From: Octopus vulgaris
Lineage: Eukaryota
DNA: 64,000 bases
Direction: 5' to 3'
Assembly: GCA_951406725.2 (NCBI GenBank)
Contig: OX597814.1
Coordinates: forward strand, 157,790,001-157,854,000
The notes below the pieces were generated by a model. It was not told the DNA's origin and made no database searches. It worked only from the letters and a program-made list of their open reading frames with translations. The position numbers were made by a program, and so were the translations under genes. Position 1 is the stretch's first letter. Each line of letters opens with the position of its first letter. Positions 24,647 to 37,664 of the stretch are shown piece by piece.

Positions 24647-27600
24647 TAGTTTTATTTTTATAGCGTGCTTTCACTTCACTACCGAGCGCAGCTCTGTGTG
24701 GCTTAGGTATGTGCTGTGATTTGTTGTGATGCTCTGATGGTTATTGTATGGAAAGTGTTCTGCGTAGGATGTGTGCAGTGCCTAGTAGTGCAATTTTCTG
24801 TATGTTATATGTGTTTGTAAGTCCTGGTGTTTTTGTTATGTATTCGTCTGAATATTTTTTTATTATGCCTAATGCACCTACTATGATAGGAATTGTTTCT
24901 GTTTTTAGATTCCACATTCTAGTTACCTCTATTTCCAGGTCTTTGTATTTTGAAAGTTTCTCCATTTCTTTTAGAGAACGTTGTCATCTGCCGGTATTGA
25001 TACATCAATTAGAAAGCATTTTTTTCTTCATGATCTCTGACAACTATATCTGGTCTGTTGGCCTTAATTTCTCTATCTGTGTGCATCGGCATATCCCAGA
25101 GTATGGTTGCTTTCTCGTTTTCTGTGACCTTTTCTGGTGTGTGCCTATACCATCTTTTTTCTGTTGTTATTCTATAATGTTGGCATAGCTTCCAGAGTAT
25201 GTAGGTTCCAACTCTGTCATGTCTGTGAACATATTCCTTCTTAGCCAGGACTGGGCAGCCAGAGATAATATGATTTATTGTTTCTTGTCCATCTCCACAT
25301 ATTCTGCAGTTACTTGTGAGATTTCTTTTCATTACATGCTTTTGGTAATTTCTGGTGGGGAGGATTTGGTCTTGTGCTGCAATAAAAATCCCTCTGTCTC
25401 TGCTTGGAGTCCTGAGCTTCTCAACCATTGCTGGGATTTTTCTTTGTCAATTTCTTTTGCGTTTAGTTTAGTCCAGTATTTACCATGAAGTGGCTTTTCT
25501 TGCCATCGTTTTATCATGGTTCGTTGCTGTTCTATTTTTAGTTTGGATTTCACTTGTTTTATAGCTTTTGTTGTTTCTTCTTCTCCTTCTTCTTCTTCTT
25601 CTTCTTCTTCTTCTTCTTCTTCTTCTTCTTCTTCTTCTTCTTCTTCTTCTTCTTCTTCTTCTTCTTCTTCATATTTATTAGGTGGTATGATTTCTTGTTT
25701 GTGTTTATCAGCTTCCTTAAATACGGAGAACAGTTTTTTTTTGTTTTGCTCGTGTTTTGCTGCTATTTGTATCAGTTTTCCCTCCTTCTGAAGTAGATAT
25801 TTTTGCAGTCTTATGGTGGTTATTTTATAGTAGTTTTCCAGCTTTATAAGGCCTCTACCACCTTCTAAACGTTGTATATATAGTCTTTCTATGTCAGATT
25901 TTGGGTGATGCATCCTAGATCCTGTCGTTATTTTTCTTGTTTTCCTATCTTTCTTGGTCAGTTCATTTAGTGTCCAGTTAAGGATATTGTTGCTGTAACT
26001 TATAACTGAGACAGCTAAAGTGTTAATACCTATTATCTTGTTTTTAGCATTGAGCTCTGTTTTTAGTATTGATCTAACTCGTCTATAATATTCTTTTTTT
26101 ATTTTCTCTTTCAATTGTGTGTGTTGTGTCTTACCTAGTTCATGGATTCCTAAGTATTTGTAAGTTTGGCTTTGGTGTAGTTCTTTTATTTTCATTGGTG
26201 TGATGTTGCTACTCTTAACTAGTTTTCCCCTTTGCAGGGTTACTTTGGCGCATTTTTCTAATCCAAATTTCATATCTATTTCTTTGGTAAATCCATGAAC
26301 TGTCTTTAATAGTGTTTTCAGCTGTTTGTCATTTGCAGCGTATAGTTTTAGGTCATCCATATATAAAATGTGGCTGGTCGTTTTGCCGTAACATTTATAT
26401 CCGCATCCAGTTCTATTTAGCATATCAGATAGAGGTGACAGTGCCAAGCAGAAAAGGAGTGGAGAGAGCGTGTCTCCCTGGAATATTCCTCTTCTAATGG
26501 GGATGACTTTGGTTTTCATGAGTCCCTCTTTTGTTTGGTGCTGTAGCACTGTTTGCCATTTTTTCATAGAGTGCCCTATGAATTTTATAATTGTTGGTGC
26601 TACTTTGTTAATGGCTAGTGTTTCGAGGATCCATGTGTGGGGGATGCTATCAAACGCCTTTTTGTAGTCGATCCAGGCCATACTGAGGCCTTTCTTCTTT
26701 CTGTGGCTGTCTTCAGTTATGGCTTTATTAATCATTAGTTGATCTTTACAGCCATATGAGCCTTTGCGGCATCGTTTCTGCTCTTCTGGAAACAGGCTGT
26801 TTTCGTCCGGATGCTTGTTCAACCTTTGCGATATCACTGCAGTAAATGCCTTGTACATTGTGGGGAGACAGGTTATTGGTCTGTAGTTATTTGGTTTTGC
26901 TGTCTCATTTGATTTGGGAATTAAGATGGTTTTCCCCTTCGTGAGCCATTCAGGCATTGTCTCTGGCTCTACTAGTATGTTGTTAAAGTTTTCAGCCAGC
27001 TTTTAGTGCATTCCTGTTAGATATTTCAACCAAAAGTTGGGGATCTTGTCATGCCCAGGTGCCTTCCAGTTGCTTAGTCATTGCAGTGCCTGGGTGACCT
27101 CTTCAGTTGTTATGGGGGGTCCAAAGTTGTTCAGATGCTGAGTTTGTTGTTTTAATACTCCTTTGTTTTGGTTGTTCGTTCGTTGACCATATTTCTCTCC
27201 AGAATTCTTCCACTTCTTCTGCCGTTGGTGCTGCAGTGATTTCTATTTTATTTTTGCCAAGTTCTTGGTAGAAATTTTTGGGGTTGGATTTGAACTTTTT
27301 GTTTTGTTCAAAGAAGCGCTGGCGTTTCTCGTACCGGCGGATCCTTTGTGCTTTGGCAAGGATATCTTGCTTCAGCGTTTCTTATATCTCAGGTAAATCT
27401 TTTTCTGTGATGTTATATTTGCGGAGTATTTTTGTTTTCTTTTTGTTGCTCAGTAGCGTTGATTGTCTACTGATTTCATTAAGAATCGACAGATCTTTTC
27501 TCATTTTTTGTGTTTTGTTTTGGATGTTATTTATCCACAGGGTTTGTTTGGGTGGTGGTACTCCTGTTTGGATGGGTTTGAGTGAGTATCCAGCTTCTTT

Positions 27601-28670
27601 TGTGGCTGCAGTGGCTGCTGCGTATACTAAGTCATTTAGCTCAGTGATATCGCTTTTTGTTTCAGTGGCTATTAATTCCGTGACGGCTAGGTTTATGCTG
27701 TTTATAATTGGTGTTGTTGTTTCGTCTATTTTGATTTTTGGGAGGTATGGTCGTTGGTCCATTTTGAGCTCTGTGGTTTTCAGTTCTTTGATTATTTTAC
27801 TTTTTATATTATCATAATCATTAGGCTCCCCTTCGTTGTTTCCAGGTTTTAGATTTGTGTCGCTTTCTTTCTTATTTATGTTTGTTTGCCGTGTTTTGGC
27901 TTGCTGTTTGTCGTGTATTATTATGCATCCTTACAGTCTGGGTTTGTTTTTTGTTTACATCGTTTTTGTTGGGAATGTTACGTTTGTCTTCGTGTTTTAC
28001 TGTTTCAGTGTTTATATTATTGGGTATTGCTGTGTGGCTTCTATCTACAAATTTCCTGGTGTATTTTTTCTTTTTGATGTTCTATTTCTATTTCTGATAT
28101 TTTCTTTTGCGTTGAGAATGTACCTTCGTACGTTAGCTAGTTTATTAGGGTTCATTGATGTATCCAAGTCTATATTTATGTTATTTTCCTTCCATATTTT
28201 ATATGCATGTGTTGTTGTGTTTTCATTTTTGGGGTAGAGCACTGCTGTGAAGTATGCGTGTAGGATAGAAATGTATTCTTCACGTGTCCATTTATGTCTT
28301 TTGGGTTTTATTTGCGGGACATGAGGAACAACGTCCGGCCCATTATTTTGACGGTCGTCATTTTCGTAGGGTACCGGTCCGTTCATTTCTGTTGTCACAT
28401 TGTTTTGCACGTGTAGTTTTTCGTACATTTTGTGTTGTAAGTTTAAAGTACGTACTTCCCGATTGCTATTCTTGGGTTGAATAATATCGGTGATATTTAA
28501 TTTCTTCGTAGTTTTTTTGTACGTGGTGTTTGGGGTCGGGGATGATCTGGTGTTGATGGATCGTAATGTATCACGCATGTTTACACGTGTTGTGTTAGAG
28601 GTGGAGATGATATCGAGTTAAAATACATCATTTCGTTTCGAAAACAGTAATAAATTTCAATGGGTATTAA
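24646..28670 (-). mobile_element. R4/Dong-clade non-LTR retrotransposon, family A, frameshifted
   Basis: ORF pieces from 28578 to 24741: KWTREEY N-terminus, RT (QGDTLSP, YMDD), CRIC-x7-H-x4-C knuckle and RPDIVV RLE nuclease. (TAA)n on both sides. Confidence 0.93.
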
Positions 28671-28687
28671 TATTATTATTATTGTTA

Positions 28688-28747
<60 letters not shown>

Positions 28748-28921
28748 GTTTTTTTTTTCTTCTTTCAAATTTTCTTCCATTTCTTGCCGAGTGTCTTCCC
28801 GACTCCTAGGGCAAAGAAACTCATAGTGTATATTGGTAGGCCATTAAACCAAACTCAGTAGTTCGTTAATTTTTTTTTTTTTTTTTAAAGTTAAATTAAA
28901 ATACATGAGCAGCAACAGTTC

Positions 28922-31900
28922 TCACATCGACAATGCTCTTCTCAATACGTGTGATGTACCAGTTAAGACAATCTTTTGCACTTCTTGCAGGGATGGTAAG
29001 CCAGGGATCATTCTCATATAATTTTCGGTTCCTTTCTTGATCATTCCTAGTGCTCCTACGATCACTGGTATTGTAACCGCCTTGAGATGCCACATTTTCT
29101 CAATTTCAATGAGTAGGTCTTTATATTTTCTGAGCTTGTCAAACTCTTTCGCTGAGATATTATGATCACAGGGGATGCTCATGTCGATCAATAAGCAAAC
29201 TTTATTGTTTTGGTCTTTCACAACAATATCTGGTTTATTGGCCTTGATGGTTCGGTCTGTATGTACTGGAAAGTCCCACAGAATGGTTACATTTTCTCCT
29301 TCAGTTACAGCCTCAGGGTGGTGATTATACCACTTGTCGGCAGTTTTGATATTGTAATGCCGACTTATTAGCCAGTGGAGATATTGGCCAACTCTGTCAT
29401 GTCTTAATTTATACTCCACTGGTGCTAAGACTTTACATCCAGAGATTAGGTGGTCCACTGTTTCAATCATGTCGTTGCAGAATCGGCATTTTGGGTCTGC
29501 TCCATTTTTCATCACATTGGCCTGGTAGTTCCGGGTTAATAGGCTTTGGTCTTGAGCAGCCAGGATGAAACCTTCGCTCTCTGCTTTTAGCCCTGAGCTC
29601 CGTAGCCACTGATGGGTTTGCTTCTGGTCAACATCAGCTTGTTTGCTGCGGGTCACATATTTGCCGTGCAGAGGTTTCTCCTCCCACCTATCAGCCAATT
29701 GCTCGTGCGCTTTTTTCATTGCCATCATTTTCACCTTCTTTGCAACAATAGTTGCCGTACTTCCCTCGGGTTGTTCAGTTTGGGTATCCTGCACGAGATC
29801 AATAGCAAATTTTTTGCTTTCCTTGATGATAGAATGAAGCTTCTTTCGTCTCTCGTGATTTTCCACGAGCTTTAGCATCCAGTCATTCGATATTTCGAGA
29901 TATTTGGCCAGTCCAATTGTGGTTGTTTTGTAAGCTAGTTCAAATTGGATCAGGCCTCGACCTCCTTGGGCTCTGGGAAGGTAAAGGCGATCTACGTCTG
30001 CCTTTGGGTGGTGCATCCTATTACAACTCAGCAGCTTGCGTATTTTTCTATCTATATTCTTTACTTCACTCATATTCCAGTTCAACACATTGTAGCTATA
30101 AGTAACAACTGGAACTGCTAAGGAATTTATAGCTAACACCTTGTTACGTGCATTTAGTTCAGATTTCAGGACTGCACGAACTCTCCTATAACATTCCTTC
30201 CTGATTTTCTCTTTCATGCTTGCATGCTGAATACCAGAGCCTTCATTTATCCCTAAATATTTGTATGTTTGTTCTTGCTCAAGCTCTCTTATGACTGTGT
30301 CAACATCTAACACGACTGAATTTGTGGTCTTCACTTTCCCTTTCTGGAAAGTGGCCTTGGCACACTTCTCAAGTCCAAACTCCATCCCGATGTCATCGCT
30401 GAATGCTTTCACGGTGCGCAATAGGCCTTCAAGTTCATTATTGTCTTTACCATAAAGTTTTAAGTCATCCATATAAAATAGATGGCTTATTTTTTTATTG
30501 GCAATTTTATACCCATACCCTGTTCTGTTTAATTCACTTGTAAGGGGTATTAGGGCTATGCAGAATATTAAAGGTGAAAGTGAGTCACCTTGAAAAATTC
30601 CACAGTTGATGTTTATATTTTCTGAGGCAAGTACTCCATTAGAGTGGTATAATTGGAGATTCGTATTCCACAACGACATATTGTGCTTCAGGAAGTTTGA
30701 AATCACAGGGGAAATTTTAAAGATGTCCAGCGATCTCAAGATCCATGGATGCGGTATACTGTCGAAGGCCTTTTTATAGTCAATCCATGCGGTGCTGAGA
30801 TTTCTGCGCTTGTTGTGACAGTTCTCAAGGATCATACGATTGATTAGCAGTTGATCTTTGCATCCGTAAGAGCCTCGGCGGCACCCTTTTTGTTCAATGG
30901 GGAAAATATCGTTCTTCTCCATGAACGCGTATGTTTTCTCCGCCAGGATAGATGTTAGGATTTTATACGTGGTGGATAGACAGGTTATAGGCCGATAGTT
31001 TTTTGGAAGGTTGGTTTCATTATTCTTTGGGAGTAGGTAAGTAATGCCACTTGCTAACCATTCAGGTGTTTTCTTTGGGTCTCTCAAAATTCCATTGAGC
31101 AGCTGAACTAGCTTACCGTGTGCGCATGGGAGCGATGCGAGCCAGAAATTCGGCACCCTATCTTTACCGGGGGATTTCCAATTATGGGCCTTCGTGAGTG
31201 CCTTTCTTAGGTCTGCTATTGTGATGTCTTCCCATGCTTGTTGTAAATTTTGGTAGGATCCTTCAGTTTGTATAATCCAGTCTGCATTTATGTTGTACGT
31301 CTTCTTGTCACTCCAAATCCTTTTCCAAAAGTTTTGAACTTCTTCCATGGGAGGGGGGTCTTTAACGGTTACTTTCTCCTTCCCTATTTCTCTGTAGAAT
31401 TTTTTGGCATTGGATGTGAACAGCTTATTTTGCTTGTAAAACTTGTTTCTCTTCTCAAATCTTCGTATTCTTTGGGCTTTTGCTTGGACTTTTTGTTTCA
31501 GCGTTTCTTTTATTGATATCAGTTCTTCTCTTGGTGAGGATCCAAATTTTCTCTTCATCTTTCTTCCTGTTCTGGATCTTACATCATTTCCACATATTAG
31601 TTCATTTAATATTGATATTTCCCCTCTCATAAATTCAATCTCTTTTTCAATTTTACTTCTCCAGGTTTGATTTCTTCCCAGGTTTTGTTTTCTTTGTTTT
31701 TTCGGGGGCATACAGCTGGTTTCAATTGCCCTAGCAGAAGCGTAAATAATTTCATTTAACTCAGTAAAATCAGGTTTTAATTCTCGTATTATTTCATTTG
31801 TTACATAGTTGCCAATTTGGATTTGTTTTTTATTTTGGTTTGTATTTGAGAGTTTATGAAGTGGTTCTCTATCATTCATACTTGTATGTCTTACAACTTC

Positions 31901-32464
31901 AAGCGTATTCAGGATTTTCTGCCTCATTTCTGCCATAGACTCTCTGTGTTCTTCAGCAAATGCGAGATCTTCAGTTACTGTTGTTTTTTCGTTTTCCTGG
32001 CTATCTTTAACAGGTACAATAGAATTTCTTGTATCTTCAGGCCTTTGCGTACTTTGGTCAGATGGCAGTCTTTCAATTAAGCCTCGTGGCGGGCTATACT
32101 GTTCATCTGATTCTTCATTTCCTTTGTGTCTTATATTTATGTCATTTTCCGTTGCGTGCTTGATCGCACTTATTTCACTGTCTGTGAGTCTGTTATTTCT
32201 AAAGATATCCCTCCTCACATTTGCTAATTTGTTCTCGTCCAAATAGGGCCTACTGTCTTGATTCCGTGTTCTCCATATACTGTAAGAGTTTGCGGTGTGT
32301 CTCTCTTGAGATGGCCTACCTAATGCATAGTAATAAGCGTATATTACTTCTTTATACTCTTCTCGGGTCCATTTGTTCCGCTTACATTTTTCTTTCTGTG
32401 GTGGTTGTGGTGGTGAACTTGGAGGGCTCGAGTTGGGGGATTTCCCATTCAAGTGACCATCCAT
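28922..32464 (-). CDS. Reverse transcriptase + CCHC zinc knuckle + restriction-like endonuclease (1180 aa)
   Basis: NYRPITCL, IDYKKAFDSI, GIFQGDSLSP, FYMDDLKL, YKYLG, CRFCNDMIETVDHLISGC, RHD and KPDIVV..LIDMSIP..K motifs, uninterrupted. Confidence 0.95.
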   Translation of the reverse strand: MDGHLNGKSPNSSPPSSPPQPPQKEKCKRNKWTREEYKEVIYAYYYALGRPSQERHTANSYSIWRTRNQDSRPYLDENKLANVRRDIFRNNRLTDSEISAIKHATENDINIRHKGNEESDEQYSPPRGLIERLPSDQSTQRPEDTRNSIVPVKDSQENEKTTVTEDLAFAEEHRESMAEMRQKILNTLEVVRHTSMNDREPLHKLSNTNQNKKQIQIGNYVTNEIIRELKPDFTELNEIIYASARAIETSCMPPKKQRKQNLGRNQTWRSKIEKEIEFMRGEISILNELICGNDVRSRTGRKMKRKFGSSPREELISIKETLKQKVQAKAQRIRRFEKRNKFYKQNKLFTSNAKKFYREIGKEKVTVKDPPPMEEVQNFWKRIWSDKKTYNINADWIIQTEGSYQNLQQAWEDITIADLRKALTKAHNWKSPGKDRVPNFWLASLPCAHGKLVQLLNGILRDPKKTPEWLASGITYLLPKNNETNLPKNYRPITCLSTTYKILTSILAEKTYAFMEKNDIFPIEQKGCRRGSYGCKDQLLINRMILENCHNKRRNLSTAWIDYKKAFDSIPHPWILRSLDIFKISPVISNFLKHNMSLWNTNLQLYHSNGVLASENININCGIFQGDSLSPLIFCIALIPLTSELNRTGYGYKIANKKISHLFYMDDLKLYGKDNNELEGLLRTVKAFSDDIGMEFGLEKCAKATFQKGKVKTTNSVVLDVDTVIRELEQEQTYKYLGINEGSGIQHASMKEKIRKECYRRVRAVLKSELNARNKVLAINSLAVPVVTYSYNVLNWNMSEVKNIDRKIRKLLSCNRMHHPKADVDRLYLPRAQGGRGLIQFELAYKTTTIGLAKYLEISNDWMLKLVENHERRKKLHSIIKESKKFAIDLVQDTQTEQPEGSTATIVAKKVKMMAMKKAHEQLADRWEEKPLHGKYVTRSKQADVDQKQTHQWLRSSGLKAESEGFILAAQDQSLLTRNYQANVMKNGADPKCRFCNDMIETVDHLISGCKVLAPVEYKLRHDRVGQYLHWLISRHYNIKTADKWYNHHPEAVTEGENVTILWDFPVHTDRTIKANKPDIVVKDQNNKVCLLIDMSIPCDHNISAKEFDKLRKYKDLLIEIEKMWHLKAVTIPVIVGALGMIKKGTENYMRMIPGLPSLQEVQKIVLTGTSHVLRRALSM

Positions 32465-33130
32465 GTCCGTATTCGGAGAAGAGTTTGTGCCAGTTGATGA
32501 CTTTTCGATCCCAGGCTGGCTCTTCCCTGGGGGACGCGCTTCCAGAATTAACCATAGGACAAGCGATTTGGTATACTGATTTAGTTTTCCTTTTAGTTTC
32601 CAAAAACATTTTGGTGCTACGATAATGTTATCATTTTTTAGCTTTGATTGGCTCGTGGGGAGACGGCCATCATTGCCGTTACAATTATAATCGTACCATT
32701 ATAGCAGCCGTAGTCGGCTTATTATTGTTATTATCATCACCATTACCATCACTATCATCATTATCACCACCATTACCATCATCATCATCATCATCACCAT
32801 CACCACCATCATCATCAATGATATTGTTTTATGTGTAGTCACAGCAGTATCTTATTATTGTTATTTTTGTTTTTTTATCATTATCACCATCACAGTAGTG
32901 TCTGTCTGTCTCGTTGGCTGGCTGACTGTCTTCAATGCCAGAGTTCTTGCCTGTCAAATAATACTTTCATATTTGGTTAACAATAGAGCCGAGGTGAGGT
33001 TTGTGTGTGTGTGTGTAGATAGATAGATAGAATCTCAGCACTATTACTATCTTTTTTTTGGGTGGGGTCAAAAAAAAAAGTTCAGATGTTTACTACTATT
33101 AGCCTTAAGAAAAATTAAGGAAGGGGTGTC

Positions 33131-33811
33131 CTGTATTGTTTGTGAATAGAGAAGTTGTGTTCGACCAGAGAGAATCTTAGCATCATCAATTTTTTTCCAT
33201 GTGCGTTTGTGTTATTGCAATAAAAAGTGTTTGTATATTTCGTGTAAGGTAATATTGTGGAGGTTGAAGTTGACTTTTCTAGAGATGTTTGTATGTCCAG
33301 TTAGAAGAACAGGTGTGTTTTTGCAATAAAAAGTATATGTTTACATTTATATTTGAATATTCAGGGAGGAAGCAAAGAAAAGTCAGATTTTCATAGAAAG
33401 TTTTAGGGTTTTGAAAGTCCACAAAAAGAAAAGCGTGATGTTTTTAGAGAGAAGAAAAAAAAAAAAAGGATGTTTACAGAGGCAATTGTGGGTATCAAAG
33501 TTTTTAAAGCTGGTCGAATGTATGATTGAAAACTGTGGATATGTAAATTTGTAAATTTTCTTAACTTATTTTGAAGGGCTGTTCTGTATTATTTGTGAAT
33601 AGAGAAGCTGTGTTCAACCAGAGAGAATCTTAGCATCATTATTTTTTCCATGTGCGTTTGTGTTATTGCAATAAAAAGTGTTTGTATATTTCGTGCAAGG
33701 TAATATTGTGGAGGTTGAAGTTGACCCCTCTAGAGATGTTTGTATGTCCAGTTAGAAGAACAGGTGTGTTTTTGAAATAAAAAGTATATGTTTACATTTA
33801 TATTTGAATAT
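33131..33811. repeat. ~230-bp direct repeat in the 5' UTR of the full-length element (33131-33361 and 33585-33811)
   Basis: CTGTATT(G/A)TTTGTGAATAGAGAAG...TTTACATTTATATTTGAATATT occurs twice with few differences. Confidence 0.92.
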
Positions 33812-33814
33812 TTA

Positions 33815-33854
<40 letters not shown>

Positions 33855-33885
33855 ATTATTATTATTATTATTATTATTATTATCA

Positions 33886-33938
<53 letters not shown>

Positions 33939-33960
33939 GTTATTATTATTATTATTATTA

Positions 33961-36900
33961 CTTTTTTTTTCTTCTTTCAAATTTTCTTCCATTTCTTGCC
34001 GAGTGTCTTCCCGACTCCTAGGGCAAAGAAACTCATAGTGTATATTGGTAGGCCATTAAACCAAACTCAGTAGTTCGTTAATTTTTTTTTTTTTTTTTTT
34101 TAAAGTTAAATTAAAATACATGAGCAGCAACAGTTCTCACATCGACAATGCTCTTCTCAATACGTGTGATGTACCAGTTAAGACAATCTTTTGCACTTCT
34201 TGCAGGGATGGTAAGCCAGGGATCATTCTCATATAATTTTCGGTTCCCTTCTTGATCATTCCTAGTGCTCCTACGATCACTGGTATTGTAACCGCCTTGA
34301 GATGCCACATTTTCTCAATTTCAATGAGTAGGTCTTTATATTTTCTGAGCTTGTCAAACTCTTTCGCTGAGATATTATGATCACAGGGGATGCTCATGTC
34401 GATCAATAAGCAAACTTTATTGTTTTGGTCTTTCACAACAATATCTGGTTTATTGGCCTTGATGGTTCGGTCTGTATGTATTGGAAAGTCCCACAGAATG
34501 GTTACATTTTCTCCTTCAGTTACAGCCTCAGGGTGGTGATTATACCACTTGTCGGCAGTTTTGATATTGTAATGCCGACTTATTAGCCAGTGGAGATATT
34601 GGCCAACTCTGTCATGTCTTAATTTATACTCCACTGGTGCTAAGACTTTACATCCAGAGATTAGGTGGTCCACTGTTTCAATCATGTCGTTGCAGAATCG
34701 GCATTTTGGGTCTGCTCCATTTTTCATCACATTGGCCTGGTAGTTCCGGGTTAATAGGCTTTGGTCTTGAGCAGCCAGGATGAAACCTTCGCTCTCTGCT
34801 TTTAGCCCTGAGCTCCGCAGCCACTGATGGGTTTGCTTCTGGTCAACATCAGCTTGTTTGCTGCGGGTCACATATTTGCCGTGCAGAGGTTTCTCCTCCC
34901 ACCTATCAGCCAATTGCTCGTGCGCTTTTTTCATTGCCATCATTTTCACCTTCTTTGGAACAATAGTTGCCGTACTTCCCTCGGGTTGTTCAGTTTGGGT
35001 ATCCTGCACGAGATCAATAGCAAATTTTTTGCTTTCCTTGATGATAGAATGAAGCTTCTTTCGTCTCTCGTGATTTTCCACGAGCTTTAGCATCCAGTCA
35101 TTCGATATTTCGAGATATTTGGCCAGTCCAATTGTGGTTGTTTTGTAAGCTAGTTCAAATTGGATCAGGCCTCGACCTCCTTGGGCTCTGGGAAGGTAAA
35201 GGCGATCTACATCTGCCTTTGGGTGGTGCATCCTATTACAACTCAGCAGCATGCGTATTTTTCTATCTATATTCTTTACTTCACTCATATTCCAGTTCAA
35301 CACATTGTAGCTATAAGTAACAACTGGAACTGCTAAGGAATTTATAGCTAACACCTTGTTACGTGCATTTAGTTCAGATTTCAGGACTGCACGAACTCTC
35401 CTATAACATTCCTTCCTGATTTTCTCTTTCATGCTTGCATGCTGAATACCAGAGCCTTCATTTATCCCTAAATATTTGTATGTCTGTTCTTGCTCAAGCT
35501 CTCTTATGACTGTGTCAACATCTAACACGACTGAATTTGTGGTTTTCACTTTCCCTTTCTGGAAAGTGGCCTTGGCACACTTCTCAAGTCCAAACTCCAT
35601 CCCGATGTCATCGCTGAATGCTTTCACGGTGCGCAATAGGCCTTCAAGTTCATTATTGTCTTTACCATAAAGTTTTAAGTCATCCATATAAAATAGATGG
35701 CTTATTTTTTTATTGGCAATTTTATACCCATACCCTGTTCTGTTTAATTCACTTGTAAGGGGTATTAGGGCTATGCAGAATATTAAAGGTGAAAGTGAGT
35801 CACCTTGAAAAATTCCACAGTTGATGTTTATATTTTCTGAGGCAAGTACTCCATTAGAGTGGTATAATTGGAGATTCGTATTCCACAACGACATATTGTG
35901 CTTCAGGAAGTTTGAAATCACAGGGGAAATTTTAAAGATGTCCAGCGATCTCAAGATCCATGGATGCGGTATACTGTCGAAGGCCTTTTTATAGTCAATC
36001 CATGCGGTGCTGAGATTTCTGCGCTTGTTGTGACAGTTCTCAAGGATCATACGATTGATTAGCAGTTGATCTTTGCATCCGTAAGAGCCTCGGCGGCACC
36101 CTTTTTGTTCAATGGGGAAAATATCGTTCTTCTCCATGAATGCATATGTTTTCTCCGCCAGGATAGATGTTAGGATTTTATACGTGGTGGATAGACAGGT
36201 TATAGGCCGATTTTTTTTTGGAAGGTTGGTTTCATTATTCTTTGGGAGTAGGTAAGTAATGCCACTTGCTAACCATTCAGGTGTTTTCTTTGGGTCTCTC
36301 AAAATTCCATTGAGCAGCTGAACTAGCTTACCGTGTGCGCACGGGAGCGATGCGAGCCAGAAATTCGGCACCCTATCTTTACCGGGGGATTTCCAATTAT
36401 GGGCCTTCGTGAGTGCCTTTCTTAGGTCTGCTATTGTGATGTCTTCCCATGCTTGTTGTAAATTTTGGTAGGATCCTTCAGTTTGTATAATCCAGTCTGC
36501 ATTTATGTTGTTCGTCTTCTTGTCACTCCAAATCCTTTCCCAAAAGTTTTGAACTTCTTCCATGGGAGGGGGTCTTTAACGGTTACTTTCTCCTTCCCTA
36601 TTTCTCTGTAGAATTTTTTGGCATTGGATGTGAACAGCTTATTTTGCTTGTAAAACTTGTTTCTCTTCTCAAATCTTCGTATTCTTTGGGCTTTTGCTTG
36701 GACTTTTTGTTTCAGCGTTTCTTTTATTGATATCAGTTCTTCTCTTGGTGAGGATCCAAATTTTCTCTTCATCTTTCTTCCTGTTCTGGATCTTACATCA
36801 TTTCCACATATTAGTTCATTTAATATTGATATTTCCCCTCTCATAAATTCAATCTCTTTTTCAATTTTACTTCTCCAGGTTTGATCTCTTCCCAGGTTTT

Positions 36901-37664
36901 GTTTTCTTTGTTTTTTCGGGGGCATACAGCTGGTTTCAATTGCCCTAGCAGAAGCGTAAATAATTTCATTTAACTCAGTAAAATCAGGTTTTAATTCTCG
37001 TATTATTTCATTTGTTACATAGTTGCCAATTTGGATTTGTTTTTTATTTTGGTTTGTATTTGAGAGTTTATGAAGCGGTTCTCTATCATTCATACTTGTA
37101 TGTCTTACGACTTCAAGCGTATTCAGGATTTTCTGCCTCATTTCTGCCATAGACTCTCTGTGTTCTTCAGCAAATGCGAGATCTTCAGTTACTGTTGTAT
37201 TTTCGTTTTCCTGGCTATCTTTAACAGGTACAATAGAATTTCTTGTATCTTCAGGCCTTTGCGTACTTTGGTCAGATGGCAGTCTTTCAATTAAGCCTCG
37301 TGGCGGGCTATACTGTTCATCTGATTCTTCATTTCCTTTGTGTCTTATATTTATGTCATTTTCCGTTGCGTGCTTGATCGCACTTATTTCACTGTCTGTG
37401 AGTCTGTTATTTCTAAAGATATCCCTCCTCACATTTGCTAATTTGTTCTCGTCCAAATAGGGCCTACTGTCTTGATTCCGTGTTCTCCATATACTGTAAG
37501 AGTTTGCGGTGTGTCTCTCTTGAGATGGCCTACCTAATGCATAGTAATAAGCGTATATTACTTCTTTATACTCTTCTCGGGTCCATTTGTTCCGCTTACA
37601 TTTTTCTTTCTGTGGTGGTTGTGGTGGTGAACTTGGAGGGCTCGAGTTGGGGGATTTCCCGTTC

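Larger units (their letters stand above)
28748..33815 (-). mobile_element. R4/Dong-clade non-LTR retrotransposon, family B, apparently full length
   Basis: Intact ORF, ~1.35-kb 5' region and ~170-bp 3' UTR, embedded in (TAA)n. Confidence 0.93.

Noticed and set aside
29612-32625. Plus-strand ORFs repeated in each Dong copy
   Set aside because: They are antisense shadows of the RT ORF and recur only because the copies are near-identical.
33500-33815. HDV-like ribozyme at the 5' end of the full-length RLE element
   Set aside because: The sequence is AT-rich and I could not build a nested double pseudoknot by eye.
36560-36575. Programmed frameshift between the 387-aa and 808-aa ORFs
   Set aside because: The sibling copy has one more G in the run and a single ORF, so this is a simple indel or homopolymer sequencing error.
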